Of a stretch of DNA of 64,000 bases, positions 19,141 through 28,503 are shown piece by piece. How positions within the stretch are numbered: the first letter of the stretch is position 1; the number at the start of each line of letters is the position of its first letter. Made by a program: the position numbers and the translations under genes. This DNA comes from Blastocatellia bacterium. GTDB taxonomy: Bacteria; Acidobacteriota; Blastocatellia; UBA7656. The notes under the pieces are model-generated. The model searched no databases, had not been told where the DNA came from, and was given only the letters and a program-made list of their open reading frames with translations. The stretch is taken from assembly GCA_963765495.1 (NCBI GenBank), contig CAVXWP010000001.1:320001-384000 (forward strand). The letters run 5' to 3'.

Positions 19141-20247
19141 CTAGAAGAGGCTTACCTTGACGCTCAGGTACTTTCTGGGATTCTGGCGGAAGTCATACAG
19201 AAGCTTTACCACTTCGGTAGACATTTGATTGACATTATTATAGAGCTTCTCATCGTGTAGAAGCTGACCGGCTGTGCCCTGCCCCTGTTGCAGGTTGTCG
19301 GAAATGGTTCGCAGGTTTGCGAGCGTTGCTTCCAGGTCGTTATAGAATTTCTCTTCCTTTACGAATTTGCCAAGTGTGCCGCGTCCTGCTTCGATATCGG
19401 CGGTGATGCGGTCAAACTTCGCTATCATATCGTTGGCCTTTGTCACGGCTTCGGCGGCCTGCTGATACAATCTTTCATCATTGAGCAGTTTCCCGGCCGT
19501 TCCCTTGCCTGCGCGCAAATCCGCAGCGATGACCTGTAACTCGTTGGTCGCTCCACGCAGATCGTTATAAAGGGTCGGATCGTTGAGCAGTTTGGGTATG
19601 GTTCCGTCGCCTTGCTGTATGCGTCTGACCAGCCCTTGAGCATCGACGACTGTGCGATTGAGATTTACATAAAGCGCGTCGTCGTGCAGTAACTGCCCGA
19701 TGGTTCCTTTGCCTTCATTTATGTCTTTTACGAGTTGCTGTAGCTGCTGGCCTACGACGTTGAACTGCACAAGGACATCGTTAGCGCCTCCGAAGACCTG
19801 AGCGAGACCGGCCACATCGGCGCTCTTGATGTCGGCTCCGTTCGGCAGTGGCTCGTAGCCTTGAGTGCCGGGCGTTATGTCGATAACGCGGTCGCCAAGA
19901 AACCCTTGCTGCGCGAGCACGGCCTGCGAGTCGCCCCGGATAAATCCGTCTACTTCACCGGGGTCGACCGTCATCGTCACCACGATTGGTTTCGCATTCG
20001 CGTCCGTAGGGACCTGCGATTGAAAGTCAACCGATTCGACTTTGCCCACGCGCTTTCCTGCCAGCCGCACTTCGTCGCCCGACTTGAGCCCTTCGGCCGC
20101 GTTCAGGTGCGTAGTGTAGGTCCGCGTGCTCTTGAATAATGCTATGTCGCCCGTGACCGACAGTATGAAAACTATCAGGATGACGATTGTCGCGACCGCC
20201 AGCAACCCGACGCGAAGCTCGGAAATTGTGGTCTTACTTCTGGGCAT
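19141..20247 (-). CDS. mlaD: MCE/MlaD-family substrate-binding protein
   Basis: N-terminal TM; GLKSGDEVRLAGKRVGKV; repeated GKGTxGxLLxD helical units. Confidence 0.88.
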   Translation of the reverse strand: MPRSKTTISELRVGLLAVATIVILIVFILSVTGDIALFKSTRTYTTHLNAAEGLKSGDEVRLAGKRVGKVESVDFQSQVPTDANAKPIVVTMTVDPGEVDGFIRGDSQAVLAQQGFLGDRVIDITPGTQGYEPLPNGADIKSADVAGLAQVFGGANDVLVQFNVVGQQLQQLVKDINEGKGTIGQLLHDDALYVNLNRTVVDAQGLVRRIQQGDGTIPKLLNDPTLYNDLRGATNELQVIAADLRAGKGTAGKLLNDERLYQQAAEAVTKANDMIAKFDRITADIEAGRGTLGKFVKEEKFYNDLEATLANLRTISDNLQQGQGTAGQLLHDEKLYNNVNQMSTEVVKLLYDFRQNPRKYLSVKVSLF

Positions 20248-20265
20248 AACTACCTCCTGGCTCTG

Positions 20266-21081
20266 TCAAACTTCAAGCAAGAAATTCTTGATGTAAGGAT
20301 CGGGCGATTCCCAGAGTTCTTCATCCGTACCGCTGAAAATCACCTTTCCCTGTTTGAGCATGATAAACCGCGTGTTTACGAGACACAAATTGCCCTGTTC
20401 GAGTTGAAACGCAACATCTCCGCTCTCGTTGATCGTGGCAAATTTCGATGACAATTGTTTTATGTCGTCTATTCTGTGAGTGACGAATATAGAGCTGACG
20501 CCCTCAAGGTCGCGGAGCTTTATGGCAAGTTCGAGAATCGTGCGGGCCGTCGGAGGGTCAAGCCCCGCCGTCGGCTCGTCGAACAGGACCAGCTTGGGGT
20601 TGCCCACGAGCGCGCGGGCTATGCCTACGCGGCGGCGCATGCCGCCAGATAACTCCGAGGGCATCATATACATGGACTGTTCGAGATTGACGAATCTCAA
20701 CATGCGTCGGACGTTCTCTTCTATTTCCGATTCGGGTACTCCCTGCTCGAACAACCTGTAGCCTACGTTTTCATAGACCGAAAGCGAATCAAACAACGCG
20801 CCGTCCTGAAAGACCATGCCGAGTTTTTGACGGACCTCTACCATCTTGCCTTCCGACAGACCTGTTATCTCTTCGCCGTCAATGAGTATCTGACCCGAAT
20901 TCGGCTTTATCAATCCCAGCACAAGCTTGAGTATGGTTGACTTGCCCGTGCCCGATCCACCCATCACGATCTTTGTTTCGCCCGGATTGACAAAGAAGCT
21001 TACTTCGTCGAGTATCACCCGATCATCGTAAGCCATAGTCACATCGCGAAATTCTATGGCGCTGTGAATCTCTTCAGTCAT
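20266..21081 (-). CDS. mlaF: MlaF-type ABC ATPase
   Basis: [26 protein letters not shown] and [10 protein letters not shown] motifs. Confidence 0.9.
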   Translation of the reverse strand: MTEEIHSAIEFRDVTMAYDDRVILDEVSFFVNPGETKIVMGGSGTGKSTILKLVLGLIKPNSGQILIDGEEITGLSEGKMVEVRQKLGMVFQDGALFDSLSVYENVGYRLFEQGVPESEIEENVRRMLRFVNLEQSMYMMPSELSGGMRRRVGIARALVGNPKLVLFDEPTAGLDPPTARTILELAIKLRDLEGVSSIFVTHRIDDIKQLSSKFATINESGDVAFQLEQGNLCLVNTRFIMLKQGKVIFSGTDEELWESPDPYIKNFLLEV

Positions 21082-21090
21082 AACTTTTTA

Positions 21091-21208
21091 AGGGGCCAGG
21101 GGGCAGGGGCCGGGGATAAGCGATAGTCCTTTTAATATTTTGAACCGGCCCTGTAAGCAACAATGATGCATAGAGCCAACCGGCCCCCTGCCCCGAACCC
21201 TGGCCCCT
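21091..21208. repeat. 7-nt GGGGCC palindromic element, copy 2
   Basis: aggggccagggggcaggggccgggg...cggccccctgccccgaaccctggcccct, between mlaE and mlaF. Confidence 0.8.
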
Positions 21209-21211
21209 GTC

Positions 21212-21970
21212 TCACTGGCTGAAGGCCAGAATTATCTTTCCCAGGAAAAAATCCGCCGCAAGAATGAGAATATCCGATAACACGACGGCCTGTGTCGTGG
21301 ACCGTCCCACGCCGACCGTTCCCCCGGTTGTGCGCAATCCCGCGCGGCAGCTTACTATGGCTATGATAAAACCAAAGACCAGGGGCTTGACCATCCCGCC
21401 TATGATGTCGCTGTAGGTCAGGGCTTCTTTGGCGGCGCTGATATAGACCGAGCTTGCCACGTTCATCAGCGTGCTTGCCACTACCCAGCCGCCAAAGGCT
21501 CCGACTATGTCGGCTATGAGCGTCAAGGCCGGAGTCATCAACATCAGGGTAAAAAGCCTCGGCCAGACCAGCTTCTTTATAGGGTCGGTCCCAAGCGCTC
21601 GCATGGCGTCTACCTGTTCTGAGACGACCATCGAACCGAGTTCTGCGGCTATGGCGGAACCAACGCGCCCGGCTATCATCAAAGAGGCAAGCACGGGGCC
21701 CATCTCGCGCACGAGCGAAGTCATGACGAGCGTGCCGGTCACTCCGGTCGCGCCGAATGTCTTCAGCGTATCGGCGGTTTGAAGGGCGAGTATGCCTCCG
21801 GTGAAACCACCCGTGAGCACAATAATCATCAATGACCCGACCCCTATCGAGTCCATCTGCATTATGATGTCACGTAAATAGAAGGGCCGGGATAGCGCGC
21901 GCCCGAAGGCGCGGCCTGCCATAAGCGTTGATTCCTGTAGCTCGTATACGGCCTGTATGACTGGATTCAT
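21212..21970 (-). CDS. mlaE: MlaE-type ABC permease
   Basis: REMGPVL, GRVGSAIAAELGSM, EQVDAM and GVGRSTT motifs. Confidence 0.92.
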   Translation of the reverse strand: MNPVIQAVYELQESTLMAGRAFGRALSRPFYLRDIIMQMDSIGVGSLMIIVLTGGFTGGILALQTADTLKTFGATGVTGTLVMTSLVREMGPVLASLMIAGRVGSAIAAELGSMVVSEQVDAMRALGTDPIKKLVWPRLFTLMLMTPALTLIADIVGAFGGWVVASTLMNVASSVYISAAKEALTYSDIIGGMVKPLVFGFIIAIVSCRAGLRTTGGTVGVGRSTTQAVVLSDILILAADFFLGKIILAFSQ

Positions 21971-22152
21971 CTATTCAAGCGTCCCCTGCCGATGAGAGAG
22001 CGAAAATTCCCGACTAATGTGGCTTCATATTGTGTCTCAGGCCGACCGCGCTACACTGGCTGAGTGACAATTATGATGAAGGTTTACAAAACGTCCGTCA
22101 AGTGGAACGGATAAACATAATTGCGTGGCCTCCCTACCCGGAACCATTCAGC

Positions 22153-22310
22153 TTTCCAAAATGCAGGATGGGAAAATTGAAATAGGCCACGGATTCGACG
22201 GATCAGACGGATTATCACGGATTTGGTTCTATAAGGTCTAATCCGCGTAAATCCGTCCGATCCGTCGAATCCGTGGCCTATTCCCACTTGCCTTCCGTTC
22301 AAATTAACCT
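22153..22310. repeat. ~160-bp palindromic element with 9-nt CGGAT units, copy 2
   Basis: aataggccacggattcgacggatcagacggattatcacggattt...aatccgcgtaaatccgtccgatccgtcgaatccgtggcctatt. Confidence 0.85.
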
Positions 22311-22500
22311 GCAAAAATTTTGACGCATATTGTCGGCAACTAAAAAACTGAATGACCCGGCCTGGCTGCTGCTTCCACCTTTTATGACCTGAGTTACGGC
22401 TTGCCTGCGGCAGGTGCCGGGTCTAAAATTCACCCTTGAGTTTATACAACTAAACTTATAAGGCGAGCTATTCCGGCACAGACGAGAAACGGAAAAGGCT

Positions 22501-24252
22501 ATGAAGCAAAAGATCACGATCAGACAAGCCCTCGATGAGGTAGTCAGTAAAATGAGCGCCGTCATGTCGCGCGAAGAGATCGTGTCAGCCGTTCTGGAAC
22601 GTTTTCACTCAAAGGCCAAAAAACCCGCCACTTCTATAATGGAACAGGTCAGATGTCACCCTGATCTTGTGGCGCTCGGGGATGGGCATTATGCGCGAGC
22701 CGATTATGTGCTCGAGGGCGCGAAATTTCGGATCAAACCGGGCAATGATGAGATCGCCGCAGGCATTGTGAATCGCTCGTGGTTTCATCCGTTCGATAAG
22801 GTTATGCCCACGCACGCGAGCATATTCGCGCTCAAAGACGGGAGAGATATTCCCATGACGACCAGAGTGGTCGGGGTCGAGGAGCTTACCGATGAGCAAC
22901 TCAAATCCATGCTCGTCAATCTTGCGGAAAGGTTCCTGGGAGGGGTGGATACGGATGCGCTTGCCGCTCTAAACATATTTCAGGACGACGATCCTGATAC
23001 GGACGAACTTGCTCTGGCAGAACTGTTTTCGCTCGAAGCAGACGACGAGGAATTTGCCGACGAGATGGATGGGGAACTTGCAGAGAAGGAACTGCTTGAT
23101 CAAGCCAGGCAACTGATCAAGGCGCAGGGCGGGCAAGAGATCAAAGGACACAATTTCGAGCCTTTTTTCAAAGAGAATAAAGTGAAGGAAGGCGATTCGC
23201 TCATCGTTACCATCAGCCCTAAAACAAACACCTATATCTTCGAATACGAACCTGCGAGCGAGACTCAACGGCTCATAATCAGGCATCACGACCACGAGAT
23301 CAGCGAGTTTATACACCAGGCAATCAAGCGCGATATGCGTGTCGAGGCGCGTGATCTGATTTTTCAAGCCTACGGCAAATTCGTCTGGCTCAAGCAGTAC
23401 CCTTCAAATCACTGGCGCGAAATTGTCGAAAATGACGACCAGCTTCGTTTGATCACTATATTCGGCGATTACATCGAAATCGCCTCCATCGACTTTCACA
23501 TGATGCTCGATAGCCTGGGCATGGATGAGGTAACCCGGAAGAAACAGCACAAACGGTCGAAGATCATCCAGGAGGAGATCGACAGTTTCTGCGACAGGTT
23601 TGAAGAAGCTTCCAGCGCCGCCTGCGCAGATCTGACTACGGTCATTGATGCAGGCGGATTGGCAAATGTCATCCGTCCTGACCGGCGTCTTTGTGCGCCC
23701 GATGTTTTGCAGGAAGAGAGCGAAACAGATACGGGCGGGGACGGTAACGGCCATTTCGGACCCTTGCGAGTGGTAAAGGATTCAGAGGCCGTGCCGATAA
23801 TGGTTTATGACGAATGTGATTATCAGGCCATCAGCGAACACGATGAAAAGTTGATAGAGCAGTTCTTTGCGGGGATGGGGAAAAAGAGAACCGCCACCGC
23901 TCAGGCTGAAAAGAAAGCAGGCGATGTGGCTTTGTTTGCCGATTTCCTGGCCAGCTATCAGGACCGCGCTCTGGAGTATGCAGATTATGACTGTCTCGAA
24001 GAGTTCTTCTTCATGTGGTATCCGCGAAAGGTGCTAAACTCGTCGCCCGCCCACATCAGGCAAATGTTTACGAACCTGCGCGAGTTTTATCAGTTTCTCG
24101 TAAAAGCGAACTATATTCGAAGCGCCAAATTTGCCGAGGCAATTTTCAACTTGCGAGAGCTGGCCGCCGAAAAGGTCAAATTGTATGACCGGCTGCCGTA
24201 CGGAAACGATTACCACCCGCTGTTTGAAAAGCTTTTTGGCCTGGACTGGTAA
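22501..24252 (+). CDS. Hypothetical acidic protein; possible N-terminal HTH and C-terminal integrase core-binding (SAM)-like domain
   Basis: 583-aa ORF; C-terminus ...LFADFL...LEEFF..W.PRK..SSPAHIRQMFTNLREFYQFL...YI resembles a tyrosine-recombinase N-domain. Confidence 0.7.
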   Translation: MKQKITIRQALDEVVSKMSAVMSREEIVSAVLERFHSKAKKPATSIMEQVRCHPDLVALGDGHYARADYVLEGAKFRIKPGNDEIAAGIVNRSWFHPFDKVMPTHASIFALKDGRDIPMTTRVVGVEELTDEQLKSMLVNLAERFLGGVDTDALAALNIFQDDDPDTDELALAELFSLEADDEEFADEMDGELAEKELLDQARQLIKAQGGQEIKGHNFEPFFKENKVKEGDSLIVTISPKTNTYIFEYEPASETQRLIIRHHDHEISEFIHQAIKRDMRVEARDLIFQAYGKFVWLKQYPSNHWREIVENDDQLRLITIFGDYIEIASIDFHMMLDSLGMDEVTRKKQHKRSKIIQEEIDSFCDRFEEASSAACADLTTVIDAGGLANVIRPDRRLCAPDVLQEESETDTGGDGNGHFGPLRVVKDSEAVPIMVYDECDYQAISEHDEKLIEQFFAGMGKKRTATAQAEKKAGDVALFADFLASYQDRALEYADYDCLEEFFFMWYPRKVLNSSPAHIRQMFTNLREFYQFLVKANYIRSAKFAEAIFNLRELAAEKVKLYDRLPYGNDYHPLFEKLFGLDW

Positions 24253-24360
24253 TGCGTGAATCGTGATGCGTGACTTACAGACGGGCTGCATGTTTTAGAC
24301 AGTTTGCCGACTTTGTAAATCACGCATCACGATTCACGATTCACGATTCACGATTCACGT
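24253..24360. repeat. 7-nt TGCGTGA/TCACGA(T) palindromic element
   Basis: tgcgtgaatcgtgatgcgtga...tcacgcatcacgattcacgattcacgattcacgattcacg. Confidence 0.85.
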
Positions 24361-24388
24361 ATAACAGGCTTCAGGAGGAGGAGAGATA

Positions 24389-25147
24389 ATGGAATATATA
24401 AAGCGCGAAATCGAGGACGGCTTGTTGATTATGACCATGTCCAGAAGCAGGGCCAATGCCTTGAATCGTGATATGGTCGAACAAATGTGCTCGGTACTTG
24501 ATGAAGCGGCTGCGGATGAAAAAATTCGCGCGCTTGTTATTGCAAGCGACCAGCCGAGGTTTTTTTCTGCCGGGTTCGATCTGAAGGAGGTCTTTGATTA
24601 TGACCGGGCTCAGATGACGGAATTCTTTGGCCGCTTTATTGACCTGTACCAGGGACTCAACCATCTGCCGCTGCCTGTGGTGGCTGCCGTCTCGGGCCAC
24701 GCCTTCGCGGGCGGTGCGGTGCTTGCGCTCGCCGCCGATGTCCGCATCCTGGCCGATGGTGATTATGGTTTCGCCTTAAATGAAATCAAGCTGGGGCTTG
24801 TGCTGCCGCCCCGCATGATGAGTATGCTGCTTAATGCGACGGGGCCGGGACCGGCGCGCTGGATTCTTCTCTCAGGCGATGCGCTCTCGCCCTCAGAGGC
24901 GCTCTCCACAAGAGTAGCAAACGAACTTGCCCCGCCCGACTCCGTGCTTGAACGCGCAAAAGCAACGGCCCGACTGCTTTCGGAAAGACCCCCCTCGGCC
25001 TTCGCCGCCTTCAAGCAGGCCCTCGCAGGTGCCGCCGGTCACGCCGAACTTGACGACCATCGCTACCTGTCGGAGTTCATTGACAGATGGTTTTCCGATG
25101 AGGCCGAAGAACGCAAACGCGCCACTGCCGAAACCCTCAAAAGATGA
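24389..25147 (+). CDS. Enoyl-CoA hydratase/isomerase (crotonase family)
   Basis: FFSAGFDL, AVSGHAFAGG and LNEIKLG motifs; RBS GGAGG. Confidence 0.92.
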   Translation: MEYIKREIEDGLLIMTMSRSRANALNRDMVEQMCSVLDEAAADEKIRALVIASDQPRFFSAGFDLKEVFDYDRAQMTEFFGRFIDLYQGLNHLPLPVVAAVSGHAFAGGAVLALAADVRILADGDYGFALNEIKLGLVLPPRMMSMLLNATGPGPARWILLSGDALSPSEALSTRVANELAPPDSVLERAKATARLLSERPPSAFAAFKQALAGAAGHAELDDHRYLSEFIDRWFSDEAEERKRATAETLKR

Positions 25148-25274
25148 AACCCTCAAAGACATCTCCGCGTCGTTTTTGAGCCGCTTCCTGCCCCGTATTT
25201 TGCGTGATTTGAGCATAGGTGAAGTCCAACTCATATTTTTGAGTAAAAACATGTAGAGATATTCAAGAAATGGC

Positions 25275-25303
25275 TTGACACCAAAAGCGAGTTTCCATAG
25301 CAT
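25275..25303 (+). promoter_or_regulatory. Sigma70-type promoter for the monooxygenase array
   Basis: TTGACA-N17-TAGCAT, 59 nt upstream of ATG 25362. Confidence 0.65.
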
Positions 25304-25361
25304 GAGAGGGCTCAAAAATTCAGTTTTTGCGATGTATTCACTCAACCGGCAAGGAGACAGC

Positions 25362-26834
25362 ATGACCTCGAAGAAGTTCCCCCTTTCACTGCTCATAGTT
25401 TTCGGCCTTTTCATAGGCGGGGTCTTCGGCACAAGCAGCGCGGACTCTAAAAAAGCGGACTCTAAAAAAGAAGTGACATTCAGCAAAGATGTTGCGCCGA
25501 TCTTCTTCAGCAACTGCGTGCAGTGTCACAAGGCCAAAGATATAGCGCCGATGTCTCTGGTAACTTATAAAGAAGCGCGTCCGTGGGCGCGTTCGATAAA
25601 AGAGAAAGTCGTGACGCGCGAGATGCCGCCCTGGCACGCCGACCCGCATTACGGTCAGTTCAGCAACGCGCACGTGCTGACCGAAAAAGAGATTGACACG
25701 ATTGCCACCTGGGTAGATCAGGGAGCGAAAGAGGGCAATCCGAAAGACCTCCCGCCCGTGCCCGATTTCGTCAAGGGCGGATGGGAGATTGGAAAGCCCG
25801 ACGTAGTGTTCTCCATGCAGGAAGAGTACACGGTTGAAGTAGACGCGCCCGACAACTACATCAACTTCTTTATCCCTACCAACTTCAAAGAAGACAGATG
25901 GATTCAGGCGGCAGAGATTCATCCGGGCAACAAGACGGTTGTCCATCACGTGATTGCCTTTATACAGACGCCCGAAAAAATGGCCCGGATGAAGGAGCGC
26001 GAGAAAAATGGAGAGACCCGGCGCGAAGAGCAGTCGGGCATCTTTTACAAAGACGGCACGCTCCAGCGCGTCAAGATGGACGCGCCCGTGATTGATGATC
26101 TGTGCAGTTACAAGCCGCCCGAGGGGCAGCAGCGCCGCCGTCGCTCAAATGATGAAGACGGGGCCGATGCCTTTGGCTCTCTGCTTGCGGGTTACGCGCC
26201 GGGCAAAGAGGTTGATCGCTGGCCCGCCGGTATGGCCAAAAAGGTTCCCGCAGGCTCTATCATCATGTTTCAGGTACACTACTCGAACGTATTCAAAGGC
26301 GTCGAGAGCAAGCCGGTCAAGGACCGCACAAGCATAGGGCTCGTCTTTGCGAAAGAGCCGCCAAAGAAAGCCATCGTGACCTTAGGCGTTTCAAACGTGA
26401 TGTTCAAGATACCGTCTGAGGCTGAAAATCATGAGGTCACGGCTTGCTTCACGTTCCCGCGCGATGTCGAGATCATAGATTACATGCCGCACATGCATCT
26501 GCGCGGCAAGGACATGCGCTATGATGTGGTCTATCCCGACGGCAAGACCGACACCTTGCTCTGGGTTCCAAATTTCAACTTCAACTGGCAGACCATGTAT
26601 TTGCCTGCCAGGCCGGTTGCTATTCCGAAGGGAACAAAGCTGATAGTGACCGCTCATTTCAACAACTCGAAGACGAACAGATGGAATCCCGATCCGACGA
26701 AGCCTGTCAGGTGGGGCGATCCTACCTATGACGAGATGATGATTGGCTGGCTCGATTTCGTCGTAGACAATCCGGCGAAACAGGACATGCCAAATCCGCC
26801 GGCTGCGCAGGCTTCTCAGACCGGAAAGCGTTAG
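25362..26834 (+). CDS. Secreted cytochrome c + PHM/DBH-type copper monooxygenase, paralogue 1
   Basis: Signal peptide; CVQCH, MPPW; VVHH, QVHY, PHMH and DEMM copper-ligand motifs; RBS AAGGAG. Confidence 0.8.
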   Translation: MTSKKFPLSLLIVFGLFIGGVFGTSSADSKKADSKKEVTFSKDVAPIFFSNCVQCHKAKDIAPMSLVTYKEARPWARSIKEKVVTREMPPWHADPHYGQFSNAHVLTEKEIDTIATWVDQGAKEGNPKDLPPVPDFVKGGWEIGKPDVVFSMQEEYTVEVDAPDNYINFFIPTNFKEDRWIQAAEIHPGNKTVVHHVIAFIQTPEKMARMKEREKNGETRREEQSGIFYKDGTLQRVKMDAPVIDDLCSYKPPEGQQRRRRSNDEDGADAFGSLLAGYAPGKEVDRWPAGMAKKVPAGSIIMFQVHYSNVFKGVESKPVKDRTSIGLVFAKEPPKKAIVTLGVSNVMFKIPSEAENHEVTACFTFPRDVEIIDYMPHMHLRGKDMRYDVVYPDGKTDTLLWVPNFNFNWQTMYLPARPVAIPKGTKLIVTAHFNNSKTNRWNPDPTKPVRWGDPTYDEMMIGWLDFVVDNPAKQDMPNPPAAQASQTGKR

Positions 26835-26847
26835 AGCGACTTCCAGC

Positions 26848-26898
26848 AAATGTAGGGGCAGTCACAATAAATGTACTCATTCGAGCTGCCCTGCATTT
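26848..26898. repeat. Degenerate GTAG-REP hairpin
   Basis: aaatgtaggggcag...ctgccctgcattt; resembles the 16041 element. Confidence 0.5.
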
Positions 26899-27013
26899 AA
26901 TCTGAATTCGATCATATCGCTACGCGCAAAACCACAGTGGAACCGACCGGACGCGCCTTATTTCAAAGGCTGCGGCCGAACTATCTTTCTCTCCAATCAG
27001 GAGGTGCTTCATC

Positions 27014-28453
27014 GTGAGGAAAAAGCTCGTTGCTTCATTAGCCGCAAGTCTACTTTTAGCGGTTTGCTTTATCGCCCTGCCCGCAAGCCAGGCAAACGAT
27101 GCGAAGAAGGGCGCGAAGTCGGCCGTGACTTTTAATAAAGACGTGGCCCCGATACTCTACAAAGACTGCGCGCAGTGCCATCGGCCCAACGACATAGCTC
27201 CGATGTCGCTGTTGAGCTACAAGGAAGCGCGCCCGTGGGCACGCTCCATCAAAGAGAAGGTCGTAACGCGCCAGATGCCTCCCTGGGACGCGGACCCGAA
27301 ATACGGCGAGTTCTCAAATGTTCATCGGCTCTCGGACCGCGACATTGACACTATATCTCGTTGGGTGGATCAGGGAGCGATAGAGGGCAACCCGAAAGAC
27401 CTCCCGCCCGTGCCCGATTTTGTTGAAGGCGGTTGGGAAATAGGCAAACCCGATGTTGTGCTCTCCATGCAGGAAGAGTACACGGTCGAGGTTGACGCGC
27501 CCGACAACTATATCAACTTCACCATCCCCACAAACTTCAAAGAAGACAAATGGATTCAGGCGGCAGAGATTCATCCGGGCAACAAGACGGTCGTCCATCA
27601 CGTGATCGCCTTTATTATGACGCCTGAGACAAAGGCAAGAATCGGAGCGGCCCTCAAGAAGAACGGGATATTCGGTCGCCCGAAACAGAACCCCGACTCT
27701 ATCTTTTATAAAGACGGCACGCTGCGGCGGGTCAAGATGGATGCGCCCGTCTATGACGACGGATGCTCGGTTGAGGAAGGAGTGCGCTCGGGCACGAGCG
27801 ACGGCAACCGGCTCGGCGCATTGCTTGCCGGATACGCTCCGGGCAAGGGCGTTGATCTGTGGCCCGCAGGGACGGCCAAAAAGGTTCCCGCCGGTTCCGA
27901 CATCGTATTTCAGATGCACTACTCAAACGTATTCAACGGTGTAGCCGAAAAGGCCGTAAAGGACCGCACAAGCATAGGGCTGATCTTTGCCAAAAAGCCG
28001 CCCGAGAAAGAGATCATCACCTACGCGATCTCGAACCACTCTTTCAAGATTCCGGCAGGCGAAGGGGATCACGAAGTCACGGCCTGTCAGACTCTCAAGA
28101 TGGACGCCGAGATTCTGAATTACATGCCGCACATGCACCTGCGCGGCAAAGACATGCGCTACGACGTGGTCTATCCCGACGGCAAAACGGACACGCTGCT
28201 CTGGGTCCCGAAGTTCAACTTCAACTGGCAGACGACCTATTATGTGAAGAAGCCCATAACCATACCAAAAGGAACGAAATTTATAATAACGGCTCACTTC
28301 GACAACTCGACCAAGAACAAGTATAATCCTGATCCCAAGAAAGATGTGCGATGGGGCGATCCCACCTATGACGAGATGATGATAGGCTGGATGGATCTGC
28401 TCATACCGAATCGCGACAAACAGGAGACCGCTGCGAAGGCTGGCGGTAAATAG
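27014..28453 (+). CDS. Secreted cytochrome c + PHM-type copper monooxygenase, paralogue 2
   Basis: GTG start with GGAGG RBS; CAQCH, VVHH, QMHY, PHMH and DEMM motifs. Confidence 0.8.
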   Translation: MRKKLVASLAASLLLAVCFIALPASQANDAKKGAKSAVTFNKDVAPILYKDCAQCHRPNDIAPMSLLSYKEARPWARSIKEKVVTRQMPPWDADPKYGEFSNVHRLSDRDIDTISRWVDQGAIEGNPKDLPPVPDFVEGGWEIGKPDVVLSMQEEYTVEVDAPDNYINFTIPTNFKEDKWIQAAEIHPGNKTVVHHVIAFIMTPETKARIGAALKKNGIFGRPKQNPDSIFYKDGTLRRVKMDAPVYDDGCSVEEGVRSGTSDGNRLGALLAGYAPGKGVDLWPAGTAKKVPAGSDIVFQMHYSNVFNGVAEKAVKDRTSIGLIFAKKPPEKEIITYAISNHSFKIPAGEGDHEVTACQTLKMDAEILNYMPHMHLRGKDMRYDVVYPDGKTDTLLWVPKFNFNWQTTYYVKKPITIPKGTKFIITAHFDNSTKNKYNPDPKKDVRWGDPTYDEMMIGWMDLLIPNRDKQETAAKAGGK

Positions 28454-28503
28454 CTCGAAGCCGAATCCGCAGTCGGCCGTGAGCCGACAGGGAGGCACTG
28501 ATT

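Noticed and set aside
18982-19260. Small ORFs with GAGGQGPGAG/RPPTPDPRPP peptides, also 22084-22314 and 43119-43859
   Set aside because: Translations of palindromic repeat arms or antisense overlap; no RBS or family motif
22501-24252. Integrase or prophage boundary
   Set aside because: No catalytic tyrosine-recombinase motifs, att site, tRNA or phage genes
24318-24360. Tandem TTCACGA units as a CRISPR array
   Set aside because: 7-nt units with no unique spacers, and no cas genes in the window
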